A stretch of DNA of 63,915 nt, counting the filler, from Octopus bimaculoides (lineage: Eukaryota): NCBI RefSeq assembly GCF_001194135.2. It is 7 parts of 7 records of this genome, joined end to end, with 100 filler letters (N's around TTAATTAATTAA, not from the genome) between each part and the next. Parts side by side here need not be neighbours in the genome. Positions count along the whole stretch, not along the records: positions 48,742 to 59,059 come from NC_068982.1; positions 59,160 to 62,433 come from NC_068997.1; positions 62,534 to 63,915 come from NW_026372021.1; 4 more parts are not named here. The stretch is one strand, 5' to 3'. A program made the translations under genes and the position numbers. This document shows, piece by piece, positions 51,913 to 63,915 of this stretch (the stretch's first letter is position 1; each line of letters starts with the position of its first letter). Below the pieces are notes generated by a model. It worked only from the letters and a program-made list of their open reading frames with translations. It searched no databases and had not been told where the DNA came from.

Positions 51913-54499
51913 AAGTATCTGGTGTGGCGCTGCTGATTCACTTAGGCATCTTAGCCTGCATTCAAATGACCATCCGGTCTGTTGATAAGGTCTCACTTAT
52001 AAAGAAACTCTAATATGTAGATGACTTTAGTTTTTAGTTTTGAACACTCATTCTATCTCTTTTACAATGTTCCCAGCTCTTCAGATGTGGATTGTAACAG
52101 TCTACTGCCACCCAATCTCACCCTATACACTCGCTACCTTTGTTTTCATTCACAGTGCGTCGCTCCATCACAGGTTCCACATTATCCGCTTAACTGAATC
52201 CTTCTCCCTGGATTTATAAAGTTTTTAAGCTGACCATCAACCATGCCGATATAACAAGTCTTGAACGAACAGCGTAGATCCAGATACGAACACAGAACCT
52301 TATCTAACATCGTAAAAGGAGATACACGTGAAAATATATTATACGCTACTCGGTGTGAATCAGAACTGAAATTAATTTAAATATCATAAAACATGGCAAC
52401 AGCTTGAAGTAAGAATAATGTAAGAAGAATTCAATATAATTGCACAAACAGGTAGGTATAGTTTCAAATCTACCAATTCCAAATGGAGAAGCGGACATGA
52501 CTCTTGTAATGATGCTAATATTGTAAACAAATATCCACGGGTAATTATGATTAAAATATTGCAACAAATAAGGATAGAAAAATCAATATTAAAACCAACC
52601 CAAATTTCCAAGAATCCCTGCCTGGTTCTCTAAGATATTATTGTCATTTAGTACCACTATTTCAATTATTATCTTCCTATTGTCATTGGCTCCTCTAAAT
52701 GATTCTTAGAATTGCTGCATAGAAGCTGATGATAAATGGGGAAGTTAACATTTCTCGGCATCTGGACTCTATTAGGATTTTCATTTTCCAAGACAGCAGA
52801 GGATCGTGTTAGTGTGACTGCGAGTACAATATATCTGCTGAGTCATTAATATGATGCCGCCAGATAGTTGAGAACACGCTCGCAAAATCACCTGATCACA
52901 CTCATAAACATGCACAGACACATACATATACAGGTAGACGTGCACGCACAAATACCAACTTATATATGTGTATATACACACACACGCGCACACGCACACA
53001 CGCACACACACACACATATATATATATAAACAAACATATACACACATATAGAAACATACACACACACGCACACGCACAAATATATATATAGACGCATATG
53101 TATATGGATATATATATGCAAATGTTTCGTCCATAAACGTTACCCCAGCAAAATATTGTTTCACATATGTATATGTACTGAATAATCATGTATTTTATAC
53201 TGAGAGAAGGCGCGAAAAATACGAAAAATACTATATATATATATATATAGGCCTGTATTCAAAAAAACTTTTTTCTTCGTAAAGAAGTTCTTTTTCTTTT
53301 GTAGGGATATGTTACCCAAACAGGACCAGTTTTGTGCTATTATCTATTGTTGATTCTGGATGTTATTCGTGGGTTTATGTACTAATGTTTGAGGCTGGTT
53401 AATTTGACCATTTTTAGTACTTTTCACTTCCGAAAGTCCAGTTGTCCCTATGAAGGCTTCATTCTTTTCGATATACAAACACTAATCACAGTTTTGACTG
53501 CAGCATGATTAAAAAATGCGATTATTCTATGTATATTGTTTTATAAAACTATTAATTTCATATATATATATATATACATATATACAAGAATAAGGGCAGG
53601 GAATCGTTAATTAGTAATAGAATTAATAATTAACAATTTTGCCAAGTAGTTCAGTATGAAAAAAACCTTTATCGGTAAAATCATTTATCATCGTAAATAT
53701 ACAGGGATTAGCATTGAGTTGCTTCTCCAACATACTGAAAATTTAGAAATAGCAGTCAAAAAACTACTGATTCTAAACTACAAATTTTTCTCTAAATGGA
53801 TGGCGATATTTATGGCGCACATAGAACAAAAAACCAGAGTGAAAAGCAAAAACAAACCTGCCTTTAGTTTTTTGGCGTCGCATGGTCAGAAATTACCGTG
53901 AATTTTTTTTAGAGACACTTTCAGATTTATNNNNNNNNNNNNNNNNNNNNNNNNNNNNNNNNNNNNNNNNNNNNNNNNNNNNNNNNNNNNNNNNNNNNNN
54001 NNNNNNNNNNNNNNNNNNNNNNNNNNNNNNNNNNNNNNNNNNNNNNNNNNNNNNNNNNNNNNNNNNNNNNNNNNNNNNNNNNNNNNNNNNNNNNNNNNNN
54101 NNNNNNNNNNNNNNNNNNNNNNNNNNNNNNNNNNNNNNNNNNNNNNNNNNNNNNNNNNNNNNNNNNNNNNNNNNNNNNNNNNNNNNNNNNNNNNNNNNNN
54201 NNNNNNNNNNNNNNNNNNNNNNNNNNNNNNNNNNNNNNNNNNNNNNNNNNNNCAGAAAGAGGAGAAAGGAAGGGTCCGCGAAAAGCAGAATTTAACTTAG
54301 GAGTGTAAGCTATACTGATCTCAGGACGTCAAAGATCTCGCCTTCTCCACAATAGCTTAGGAATCCACAACTTTTCAATACCTTGCTAAAAGTTCTCTGA
54401 GATCTATGACGTGTAGATGTGGATGTGTTCAGAGAACAGTTAGATAAATGCTAGTTAATATACAAACAAACAGATAGATAGATAGATAGATAGATAGAT

Positions 54500-54552
<53 letters not shown>

Positions 54553-54624
54553 CGGATAGAAAGGTAGATAGATGGATAGGTAGATAAACAGACTGGCAGT
54601 CCAATAGCTAGCTAGCTAGCTAAC

Positions 54625-54679
<55 letters not shown>

Positions 54680-55904
54680 TAGTTGTTGTTGTTGCTGTCA
54701 TCGTCGTCCTTGCTGTTTTTGACAATGTTGTTTAGCTTCAAGATCAGTCCTGTTCGGGCAGATTTATCCTCAAGGATATTCTAGCCATGACCATCTCGTA
54801 TTATAAAAGTTTTAAAGATTATGTTTGTTCGTTCTTTCAACCCACTGCCCTCTGAGTTCAGATCTCGTCAATAGATTAATTTCGCTTTTCATCTTGTTTT
54901 TGAGGTCGATAAAAAGAGTCCCAAACACGTGTAGTGGCTTAGTAGAGACGATAGAAGACGGTACGTGATATCCTCAAAACTGTTGGTATTTCCAAAAAAC
55001 TTACAACAGAGTAGACTCCGCTAAAGGTTACCAAGCGTCATAGGTCATGTTAAAGCAGACGGTATGGTACGGATAATCTCTAAAAAGGGCACAAGAAAAT
55101 GAGGTTGGAGCCATAGGAGTTAAGCACATTAAAGAATAAGATAATAATGATGATTGCAATAATGTTATTAATGATTTTGTGGCATCAGCCCAGGACTATA
55201 AATTTATAAAGGATTTTGTTGATTGAATCACCACCCCGCCGCGTATAATGGCAGCCATTTACTTTATCAACCCGACCAACGATGAAAGTTAAGGTCGGCC
55301 TCTGGGATTGATCTCAGGAACTAAAGAGATGCGATTAAAATACTACGAAACATAATAATAATATTGATTAGTAACATTTATAAGGGAGAAAACATTTTGG
55401 TGAAGAGCAGAGTCGATTAAATAGACATCAATAGTTTATTGGCACCGGCGGAAGAAATGAAAGCCAACTTGACCCTGATGGGAGGAACAGAGAACGTAAA
55501 GGGACGTAACTAAATACAAGGCTAGAAATTCGAAAGAAAGGAAGTCTATTGACTGATCAATCCAAATAAGTATTAGTAATGATTTTTTATTAACCTTCCT
55601 CGGTGTGGTGAAGAAAATGGTGGTGGTGCTGGTGATGGTGGCTGCGACGGCAGTGGTGGTGGTGGGTCATGTTGCTTTTGATGTTTTTTTTTTTCTTGCT
55701 GGAGATTTGGTCTACAGATATCGCCTCAAAAAAAAAACAATCCAGCCATGATCATCTCTTTTCCTTTTTTTTTCAGGTATAGTGTATCTCGCAGGACGAC
55801 ATTGCTAAAAACAACACGTTGTAATTTGAAGGACATTTGTCTGCTATTTCTTGTATGCGGAGAGATTGCATGCATGCTCTCTAATAATTGACTTGCGATA
55901 ATGG

Positions 55905-56005
55905 TTATGATGATGGTGGTGGTGGTGCTGGTGGTGGTCCTGGCGGGGGTCCTGGCGATGGTCCTGGCGGTGGTCCTGGCGGTGGTCCTGGCGGTGGTGG
56001 TGAGG
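55905..56005. repeat. GC-rich 12-bp minisatellite (GGTGGTCCTGGC)n
   Basis: About five units embedded in a (GGT)n tract. Confidence 0.85.
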
Positions 56006-56273
56006 ACGACGTAATACAAAAGTTATGTGTATTAATATGATTACGCTGCACATGTGTGTGTCCGTGTGCTTGTATGTGTTTGTGTGTCCCTGTGTGTATT
56101 TGTGTGTATGGGTGTATACATAACTAAATGCACATGCGTATAATGGCTTTATATGTAATTTTGTATGTTGTGTGTGCAGTGCACACGTGATTATATATGA
56201 TGATTGTCTGTGTGTGTATTGTGTGTGTATGTGTGTATTTTGAGAGAGTGTGTGTATGTGGGAATACTACTAT

Positions 56274-56307
<34 letters not shown>

Positions 56308-56592
56308 TGTATCCGAGAATGTATATGGGATTACATGTGCATATGCAGTCTTTTTGTTTGTTTGTTTGTTTGTTTGTTTGTATTCGCTTGTGTATGTGTG
56401 TGTATATTAATGTTATTGTGTGGATGTAGCTGTCTATTTGTGCGCGCGTGTGTGTGTGTGTGTGTGTGAGTACTCACGCGCGTGTGCGTGAGTAGTTCAG
56501 TAGATATGGGAAACAACTGATGGATAAAGAATAATTAATTGAATTGGTCGGCTGGAGACGAAGTGCGTAAGGTGTGAATCAGATTTCAAGTT

Positions 56593-56630
<38 letters not shown>

Positions 56631-56631
56631 C

Positions 56632-56836
56632 CTTTCTACTATAAGCACAAGGTCAGAAATTTAGGAGTTGGGGGGGGGGNNNNNNNNNNTTCAATTGGTA
56701 CTTGATTTATCGACTCTGAAAGGATGAAAGGCAAAGTCGGCCTCGGCGGATTTTTGAACTCAGAACGTAGTAGCAGACGAAATACCGCGATGCATTTCGC
56801 CCGGGATGCTAACGATTCTGCTAGCTTGCCGCCTTA
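56632..56836 (-). mobile_element. SINE type 2 with tail A, inside a (TAA)n tract
   Basis: Full head to ...TTCTGCTAGCTTGCCGCCTT; (TAA)n on both flanks (56596-56630 and 56839-56905). Confidence 0.9.
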
Positions 56837-56837
56837 T

Positions 56838-56898
<61 letters not shown>

Positions 56899-57619
56899 TA
56901 ATAATATTTTTCTTTTATTAATCACGGGATCTTAGACATCACAAGGACAGACAACAACTGCGTGGGGATTTACGTAAAGGATGAAGAGAAAGAAATGGTG
57001 AAATGCAATAAATCTATGCATATACAAAATCTGTGGTAATATGAATGATGTAGTCCTCTTGATACAGAAGAAACTCCAACAGGAGCTAATCAAGGTACCA
57101 CACAGATTCAGGATTACCCTGACCATCAAAGGCATACATCCAAGTTTCACATAACCATTAATATATTGCAAAAATCACCGGTTGAATAATATCTGAAAGT
57201 TTGTACAAGAGGCAACTTAATGCTACTGACTTATCTTCCCTTTCAACCCCCACGCCACCCTGTGTTTGTGTGTGTGTGTGCAGAATTTACCTTTATGTTG
57301 TTGTTATTGTTAATACCTAGCTCCTGTTTGTGAATAAATGGCCTCTGGTCCTCTTGCAAGCGTCTTATCTGTCATTCAGAGCCAAGATTTTCACCTGAAC
57401 ATCTAATCCAACACGACTGGATTCATTCCAGTCACATTTCGTTTTTAAACCGTTGATCCAAAACTAGAGGCATTCAACGAAACGAAGTTTGAGACACGAG
57501 GTCAGAGCATGGTAGTAACTGCTTGAAAGCCCAGTATATGGTAACAGCTACAGCATTTATTATGAAAATCGTGAGATGATTTTTAATGTGAGCCTGCAAT
57601 CAAACTAGTCCTACATATT

Positions 57620-57742
57620 GGTTTCAAATTCTAGAACAAGGCAAACAATTTCGGGGGAGGGGTAAGTCGGTTACAATGACTCCAGTGTTCAACTGGTACT
57701 TATTTTATTGACCCCGAAAGGATGAAAGATTAAGTCAGCCTT
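57620..57742 (-). mobile_element. 5'-truncated SINE type 2
   Basis: AACTGGTACTTATTTTATTGACCCCGAAAGGATGAAAG. Confidence 0.75.
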
Positions 57743-57926
57743 TGAAAAACAAAATAGGAATTTCCCCAATACACCTGAGAAACAAAATAGGAATTTCCTC
57801 AAGACACCAGGTTCGAAATTTCCCCAAGACGCCTGAAGAAGGCTGGAGGGTATATCAGCCGAAACGTTGTTAACAACAAACAAGATGAGGACAAATATCC
57901 GTCGAATGTAAATAATGTAAATAATT
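57743..57926 (+). mobile_element. Penelope-like terminal repeat fragment with triplicated ~30-bp leader
   Basis: Three variants of AATTTCCCCAA(T/G)AC(A/G)CC, then a hammerhead-like motif and a GTAAATAAT tail. Confidence 0.6.
57826..57874 (+). ncRNA. Minimal type I hammerhead ribozyme-like motif with weakened stem I
   Basis: CTGAAGA (57833-39), A, GGCTG/CAGCC stem II, GAAAC (57861-65), GTT. Confidence 0.55.
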
Positions 57927-58319
57927 TTAAAGAAGTTTGTATAAAAATAGTTTTTAAATATCGAATGACTATGGTGTCCATCGGAATAAAATAGTAACCC
58001 AAGGAGTCCATAGATAAAAAAAAATGGTTAAAAACCTCAGCTCTGAATGAAGTTGAGAAACACTGTAACTCTTACAGTTTCCCAAGAAGATAAGCGTTTC
58101 CATTTTAGCGCTTCAATTATATGTTGGTATATTCTCTCGTATGTTCTTGAAACTTTTCTGATGTTTAGAAACAGGGACAGAAATAAATAGAACGAAGCAC
58201 TTATTTAAGTGGGCTGAGTTTAAAACAAAATGACGGCCGTTAGCGTTTCGCATCTTCTGGATAAAACCGAAAATTGCTTGTAATGTGTGCACAGAATATC
58301 TATTCAAATATTTCTCTAT

Positions 58320-58711
<392 letters not shown>

Positions 58712-58926
58712 TAGGCGGCGAGCTGGCAGAATCGTTAGTACGCCGGAGAAATTGCTTCGCGACATTTCGTCCGTCTTTATGTACTGACTTCAAATTTCGC
58801 TGGGGTCGACTTTGTCTGTCATTCTTTCGGAGTCGACAAATTAAGTACTAGTGAGACACTGGGGTCGATGTAATCGACTTATCCTCTCCCACCAAAATGG
58901 CTGCCCTTGTGGCACAAATTTGAAGC
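58712..58926 (+). mobile_element. Full-length SINE type 2 inside an (ATT)n tract
   Basis: TAGGCGGCGAGCTGGCAGAATCGTTAG (A box) ... ACTTCAAAT (B box); (TAT)n on both flanks. Confidence 0.9.
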
Positions 58927-58952
58927 TATTATTATTATTATTATTATTATTA

Positions 58953-59059
<107 letters not shown>

Positions 59060-59543
59060 NNNNNNNNNNNNNNNNNNNNNNNNNNNNNNNNNNNNNNNNN
59101 NNNTTAATTAATTAANNNNNNNNNNNNNNNNNNNNNNNNNNNNNNNNNNNNNNNNNNNNATATATATATATATATAAATGCGAAAACTAATTTCTGTGTG
59201 TCAGTGTGTCACACTTAGACCGCCTCCCTCATCATTCAATGACACTCCTACTATTCCTCATTATGGGGTGAGAGTAATAGTAGGCATAGAGACACTGAGG
59301 GCGGTGGCAAAGAGAGAGAGAAAAAAGAAAAAGAGAGGGAGAGAAAGAGAGACAAATAAATTTAGGGAGAGTTGATGTTTTATTAAAAGTAGTAGTGTTG
59401 ATGGTGGTAGTGGGAGTAATAATAAAAGAGAGAGAAAGAGGGAGATGATGTACAACTTTGTTTAACCATGTCTCTTTGACAGAGATTGCTATTGCCAACA
59501 TACTGAACACTATCATTTTGCTTTATTTTTTGTTTTCTTTAAT

Positions 59544-59574
<31 letters not shown>

Positions 59575-59744
59575 CATACACACACACATGCACATATATA
59601 TACATATATATATATATATACATACACACACACATGCACATGTATATCTATAAAATACACTCTCATTGAAATAAAGTTTCCCTAAAATTAAACAGCTAAT
59701 ATAATAAATGTGAATGTCAGTGTGTCATGCCTTTTCAACTTTAA

Positions 59745-59965
59745 TAAATCCTTTTTACTGGAAGTACAAGGCCTCAAATTTTGAGGAAAGAGATTAAGTC
59801 GATTACATCAACCCCAGTACATAACTGGTACTAATTTTATCGACCTTGCAAGGATAAAAGGCAAAGTTGGCCTCAGGAGAATTTGAACTCAAAACCTGAC
59901 AGCTGACGAAATACCGCTAAGCATTTCACCCAACGATCTAACGATTCTGCCAGTTCGCCACCTTA
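59745..59965 (-). mobile_element. Full-length SINE type 2 with tail A
   Basis: Complete head to ...GATTCTGCCAGTTCGCCACCTT; flanked by an imperfect ~45-bp direct repeat. Confidence 0.88.
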
Positions 59966-60353
59966 ATATAATAATATAATAAATGTGAGTATCAGTGTGT
60001 CACACTTTTTCAACTTTACTCCTAGAGGCCGTAGCCCAATGTATCATATCATTTTGGAATCTAGCTGACTCCATTAGTAAATTAAGAACATTCTGGGCCG
60101 AATCCAGACCACAATCCTGAAATATTGGATTCCCAAGTTTTCATTACTGTGATTGTTTCCAGTGATTTTTTTTTTATGTGACTTTTTGTGACAAATTTTT
60201 TTGTGCGATAACAATATTTATAATCTAAAGGCTAACTCTGTGAGCATATCAAAAACATTTTGGGCCTATTCCAGACCTGCAATCCTGAAATTTTGGATTC
60301 CTATGTTTTCATTTACTGCGACTGATTTTGCCGATATTTTTTACATGATTTCT

Positions 60354-60464
60354 TGCGACGAATATGATCATCATTGGGAAATGACTCTGGAGGAAGCAAT
60401 TGCAACAAATTCTCCAAAACAAGTCAGAGATCTGTTTGCAGATCTTCTCATTCGGGGTCAGTTG
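60354..60464 (+). mobile_element. Helitron Rep/helicase coding remnant
   Basis: CDEYDHHWEMTLEEAIATNSPKQVRDLFADLL resembles the conserved Helitron segment L.DD..W..TL.EA....P.QLR.LF..IL upstream of the Pif1 helicase. Confidence 0.7.
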
Positions 60465-61159
60465 CTTAACATTTATCAGATGGGTTACTCTATTCTTTTG
60501 TAGAGTACAAATTTATTATTCTTAAACAAGAATGTTGTTGATAGGGACTTCGCAGTTTTGGCTAGGTAAGCGACCATCAGGACTGCAGTGCATTAGAGTT
60601 AGTCATGACTTTATACAATCTCTGTTGAGTTAAAATCTTCTTTGGGTGTTTGAGTGGGGTGGTACTTAGCTTTTTATGATTGGCTGTTATGGAGAGGTGT
60701 TTTATAAAAATTTTTACTATGTGTACGTTTAGGTGTGTCTCTTTTGTTAGATAGGTGCAAGGTATGTCAGTAGTTTTATTGGATTTAATCCTTTGCTTTG
60801 ACAATGTAAAGATCAAAGGGTACAAAATCCAGTATTTAAACGTTAGTAATTGGATATGTCAATTTTTTTGTAATGAACTTTTTGCTTTCACAAAAAAGTG
60901 TAAATAGGTGGTATGCTTTAACTGGTCAGTTTCTTTACTTGTTATTGTTGTTATTTAGAGCATTTCCCCTTTTAATTTGAAAGGTAGGGGTTATAAGTCA
61001 GGCATGTCATGATGTTGTTAGTATAGAAAATTGTTTCTCTTGTACTTTGATGGTCACAAAAGGATTTGGGTAGGTGTAAAGGTTGTTGTTCTGTATGTTT
61101 CTCTTTAGGTGGTCATTGTTCTATAATCAATTTGATTATCTTTTATCTCTTCCTTGTCT

Positions 61160-61500
61160 CAGTCATTAGACTGTGGCTATACTGGGACACTGCTTGAATT
61201 TTTAGTCAAATGAATTGACCCAGTACTTATTTTTTAAGCCTGGTACTTACTCTATCATACTCTTTTGTCAAACCACTAAGTTATGGGACACAAATGCACC
61301 AACACCAGTTGTCAAGTGGTGGTGGAAGGACAAACACAGACAGAAAGACAAACTCACATATACATCCATAAACACAATGGGCTCTTTTCGGTTTCCATCT
61401 ACCAAATCCATTCACAAGGCCTTGATCGGCCTGAAGCTATAGAAGACACTTACCCCAGGTGCCATGCAGTGTGACTGAACCTAGAACTGTATGGTGGGGA
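61160..61500 (-). mobile_element. Composite type-1 SINE with short internal spacer
   Basis: Distal module at 61160-61345, short AC/AT-rich spacer, body at 61375-61500. Confidence 0.8.
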
Positions 61501-62084
61501 GTAGAGTTTGTGGGATGTGTATTTATAAATATTTGTTCAGTTCTGTTTCAGACATGTGTATCTTTACATTTGCTTGTTTCACCTCAAGAGCAACGGCCAT
61601 GTAGGAGCACCACCGTTAGTACTGCTATTCTTTCACTACATGAAAGCTTCTCTGATATGTAGTATTTGGTGAATGAGGGAGTTTAATGTTGCTGCCCTCA
61701 TTGGCGTTTTGTTTTGAAGACACCCACATTCACCCCATGTAGGTCTCTCAGGCTTTTTGGGAGGTATTTTATAATACATCATGGCCTCTGGGTATATGCA
61801 AAAGTAGGGATTTATAAAGGGTGTGTATATATTCAGGTATAAAAAATGAGAATGAAAATAGAATTTAATAAAAAAGATTTAAAAATTGAAAATTTTAAAT
61901 AAAAAAAAGATTAAAAAAGGATTAAAAAAGGATTAAAAAAAGAAAACGATTTTCCAAATTGCTTGCATACAAATATGTGACTGTTAACAATATTGTTGTT
62001 TAAGAATAATAAACTTGTATTCTACACAAGTATAGAGAAATGCACCAGATTCATGTAAAATTGTTTTTATTATAACTAAACATA

Positions 62085-62161
62085 AAGCAGTGAGCTGGCA
62101 GAATTATTAACATACTGGGCAAAATGCTTAGTGGCAGTTTGTCTCTCTTAATGTTCTGAGT
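62085..62161 (+). mobile_element. Type-2 SINE head interrupted at the B box
   Basis: GTGAGCTGGCAGAATTATTAAC...ATGTTCTGAGT, then type-4 sequence begins immediately. Confidence 0.75.
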
Positions 62162-62433
62162 GTGGAGGCGCAATGGCCCAGTGGTTAGGGCAGCGGACTC
62201 GCGATCGTAGGATCACGGTTTTGATTCCCAGACCGAGCGTTGTAAGTGTTTATTGAGCGAAAAGCACCTAAAGCTCCACGAGGCTCCGGCAGGGAATGGT
62301 GGTGAACCCTGCTGTTCTCTCCCACCACAACTGTCTCTCACTCTTACTTCCTGTTTCTGCTGTGCCTGTAATTCAAAGGGTCAGCCTTGTCACACTGTGT
62401 CACACTGAATTTCCTTGAGAACTACATTAAGGG
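62162..62433 (+). mobile_element. tRNA SINE type 4 (3' end in gap)
   Basis: GTGGAGGCGCAATGGCCCAGTGGTTAGGG...TTTGATTCCC; homologous to 40761-41141. Confidence 0.88.
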
Positions 62434-62533
62434 NNNNNNNNNNNNNNNNNNNNNNNNNNNNNNNNNNNNNNNNNNNNTTAATTAATTAANNNNNNNNNNN
62501 NNNNNNNNNNNNNNNNNNNNNNNNNNNNNNNNN

Positions 62534-62569
<36 letters not shown>

Positions 62570-62572
<3 letters not shown>

Positions 62573-63155
62573 TTATATACCACATATGTGGGAAATTCCG
62601 TCTGTGGGTGTGTTTGTGGAGTTATTAGCTAACTCCTCCTGCATCGTTTTATCGATTTTGATGAAACTTGACTCGTGAGTAGAACTCACGTCTGGGAACC
62701 TGATGGCATACCTAGATTGCTGAAGAAATTGATAATAGGGTCCCTGGAAGGGATCCTTATATATATCTAATATATTTTATTATAAAAACCAAGGTAAATA
62801 ACCCATTCACCCCTGGAAGGGGTCCTTATATATAGCCAAAGGAAATAACTCGTTCATTTTCCTAAATTATTTGGTAAAAAGGAAGATGAGTATGCTTATT
62901 TCTTAGTATTTGAACTGTTAGAGTTATTTTCGCAATTTATCCAATACAACCCTTAAACAAGTAAATAGTATTTTGATAAACAATAGATCTACTTATTTCG
63001 GTTAGTGACTTATTCACGAATATACCAACACTAGCGCCCCTGAAGGTAATATTCTCTGGGAACGCACAAAAGCCCTTTTCAGAGTTATTTACTTTGAATT
63101 GTTATTATCTCATATCTGATTAGCCTGTTATTACGTAACATGCTTCGTCAGCTAG
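62570..63155 (+). mobile_element. Putative non-autonomous Helitron-like element
   Basis: 5' part has CTAACTCCTCC...GATTTTGATGAAACTTG, typical of Lep1/DINE-like elements; ends ...CAGCTAG|T; internal 24-bp repeat at 62742 and 62811. Confidence 0.55.
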
Positions 63156-63362
63156 TATATGTATATATATATATATATATATGTATGTATAGGGAAAGTA
63201 AAAACCAAGTTTTGATTTTTCCTCTAATATAATATATACATGCTATAACCGAACCCTAACACGGATCTCTAGATCCAGCCTTAACTGTGATCTTGGAATC
63301 TTATGGTCGACCAACTATAGCACTTACTCAGTGTGTGAACTAAACCCCTCATGTTCTATCTA

Positions 63363-63426
<64 letters not shown>

Positions 63427-63464
63427 CATACAAACATACATATACATATATGTATGTATATGTA

Positions 63465-63507
<43 letters not shown>

Positions 63508-63915
63508 CCCAAGATATCAGCCACACTATATATTTTCTTCTGTTACCAACCAATGAGCTGTGACTATACTGGGGCACCACATGTCAGATAAATGATATAC
63601 TTTCCTATCAGGTATTTTATAGTTTCTATACAGCGATTGGCAAGCTGGGAACGTTTAATAATTGTTAAGCGAGCACCAACAGGTAGATTAGCTTTCTTAA
63701 ATGTTAGCTAAGCTCAGTCACTTGTAAGCTTAACTTTACAATGGGTAAAAAGTGAGATTTAAGCGGAACCTGGTGACGGGAAAATAGCTAGAAGTCGTTT
63801 TTTGTTACAATATATTCACTGCTTACAGGTGTACGAAATAATTTATGTTTCAAATATATAAATATACTTCATGATGGTAAATTATAAACATACCTTCTTA
63901 TATATATATATATAT

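Noticed and set aside
62162-62240. tRNA-like A/B-box sequences (also 41070-41141, 44580-44655, 16761-16835, 51565-51630)
   Set aside because: They continue into SINE bodies and lack a convincing cloverleaf; not called as tRNA genes.

Overview
AT-rich, gap-ridden eukaryotic DNA with no securely identifiable host gene. The SINE families, the extreme (TA)n/(CA)n/(TACA)n/(TAA)n density and the TTAATTAATTAA gap linkers point to an Octopus-type (coleoid cephalopod) scaffold; this is inference from pattern recognition, not a database search. Most interpretable sequence is transposable-element derived: at least five tRNA-derived SINE types that share and swap modules, decayed LINEs (CR1-like, R4/Dong-type RLE, RTE, a possible L1/Tx1 relic), Penelope-like remnants, a pogo/Tigger-like MITE, a foldback element and Helitron pieces. 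Most ORFs in the supplied track are microsatellite or N-run artefacts; the real coding traces are TE pseudogenes. The most interesting observations are: degenerate minimal hammerhead-ribozyme motifs in Penelope-like termini; a Dong-type LINE ending in (TAA)n; a SINE repeatedly embedded in (ATT)n tracts; a composite SINE carrying an internal microsatellite; modular SINE chimeras; an RTE whose intact-looking endonuclease is fused in frame to the post-RT region; and a duplicated exon-like segment with an in-frame TGA. I found no clear evidence of a wholly new biological system. Most element boundaries are approximate.
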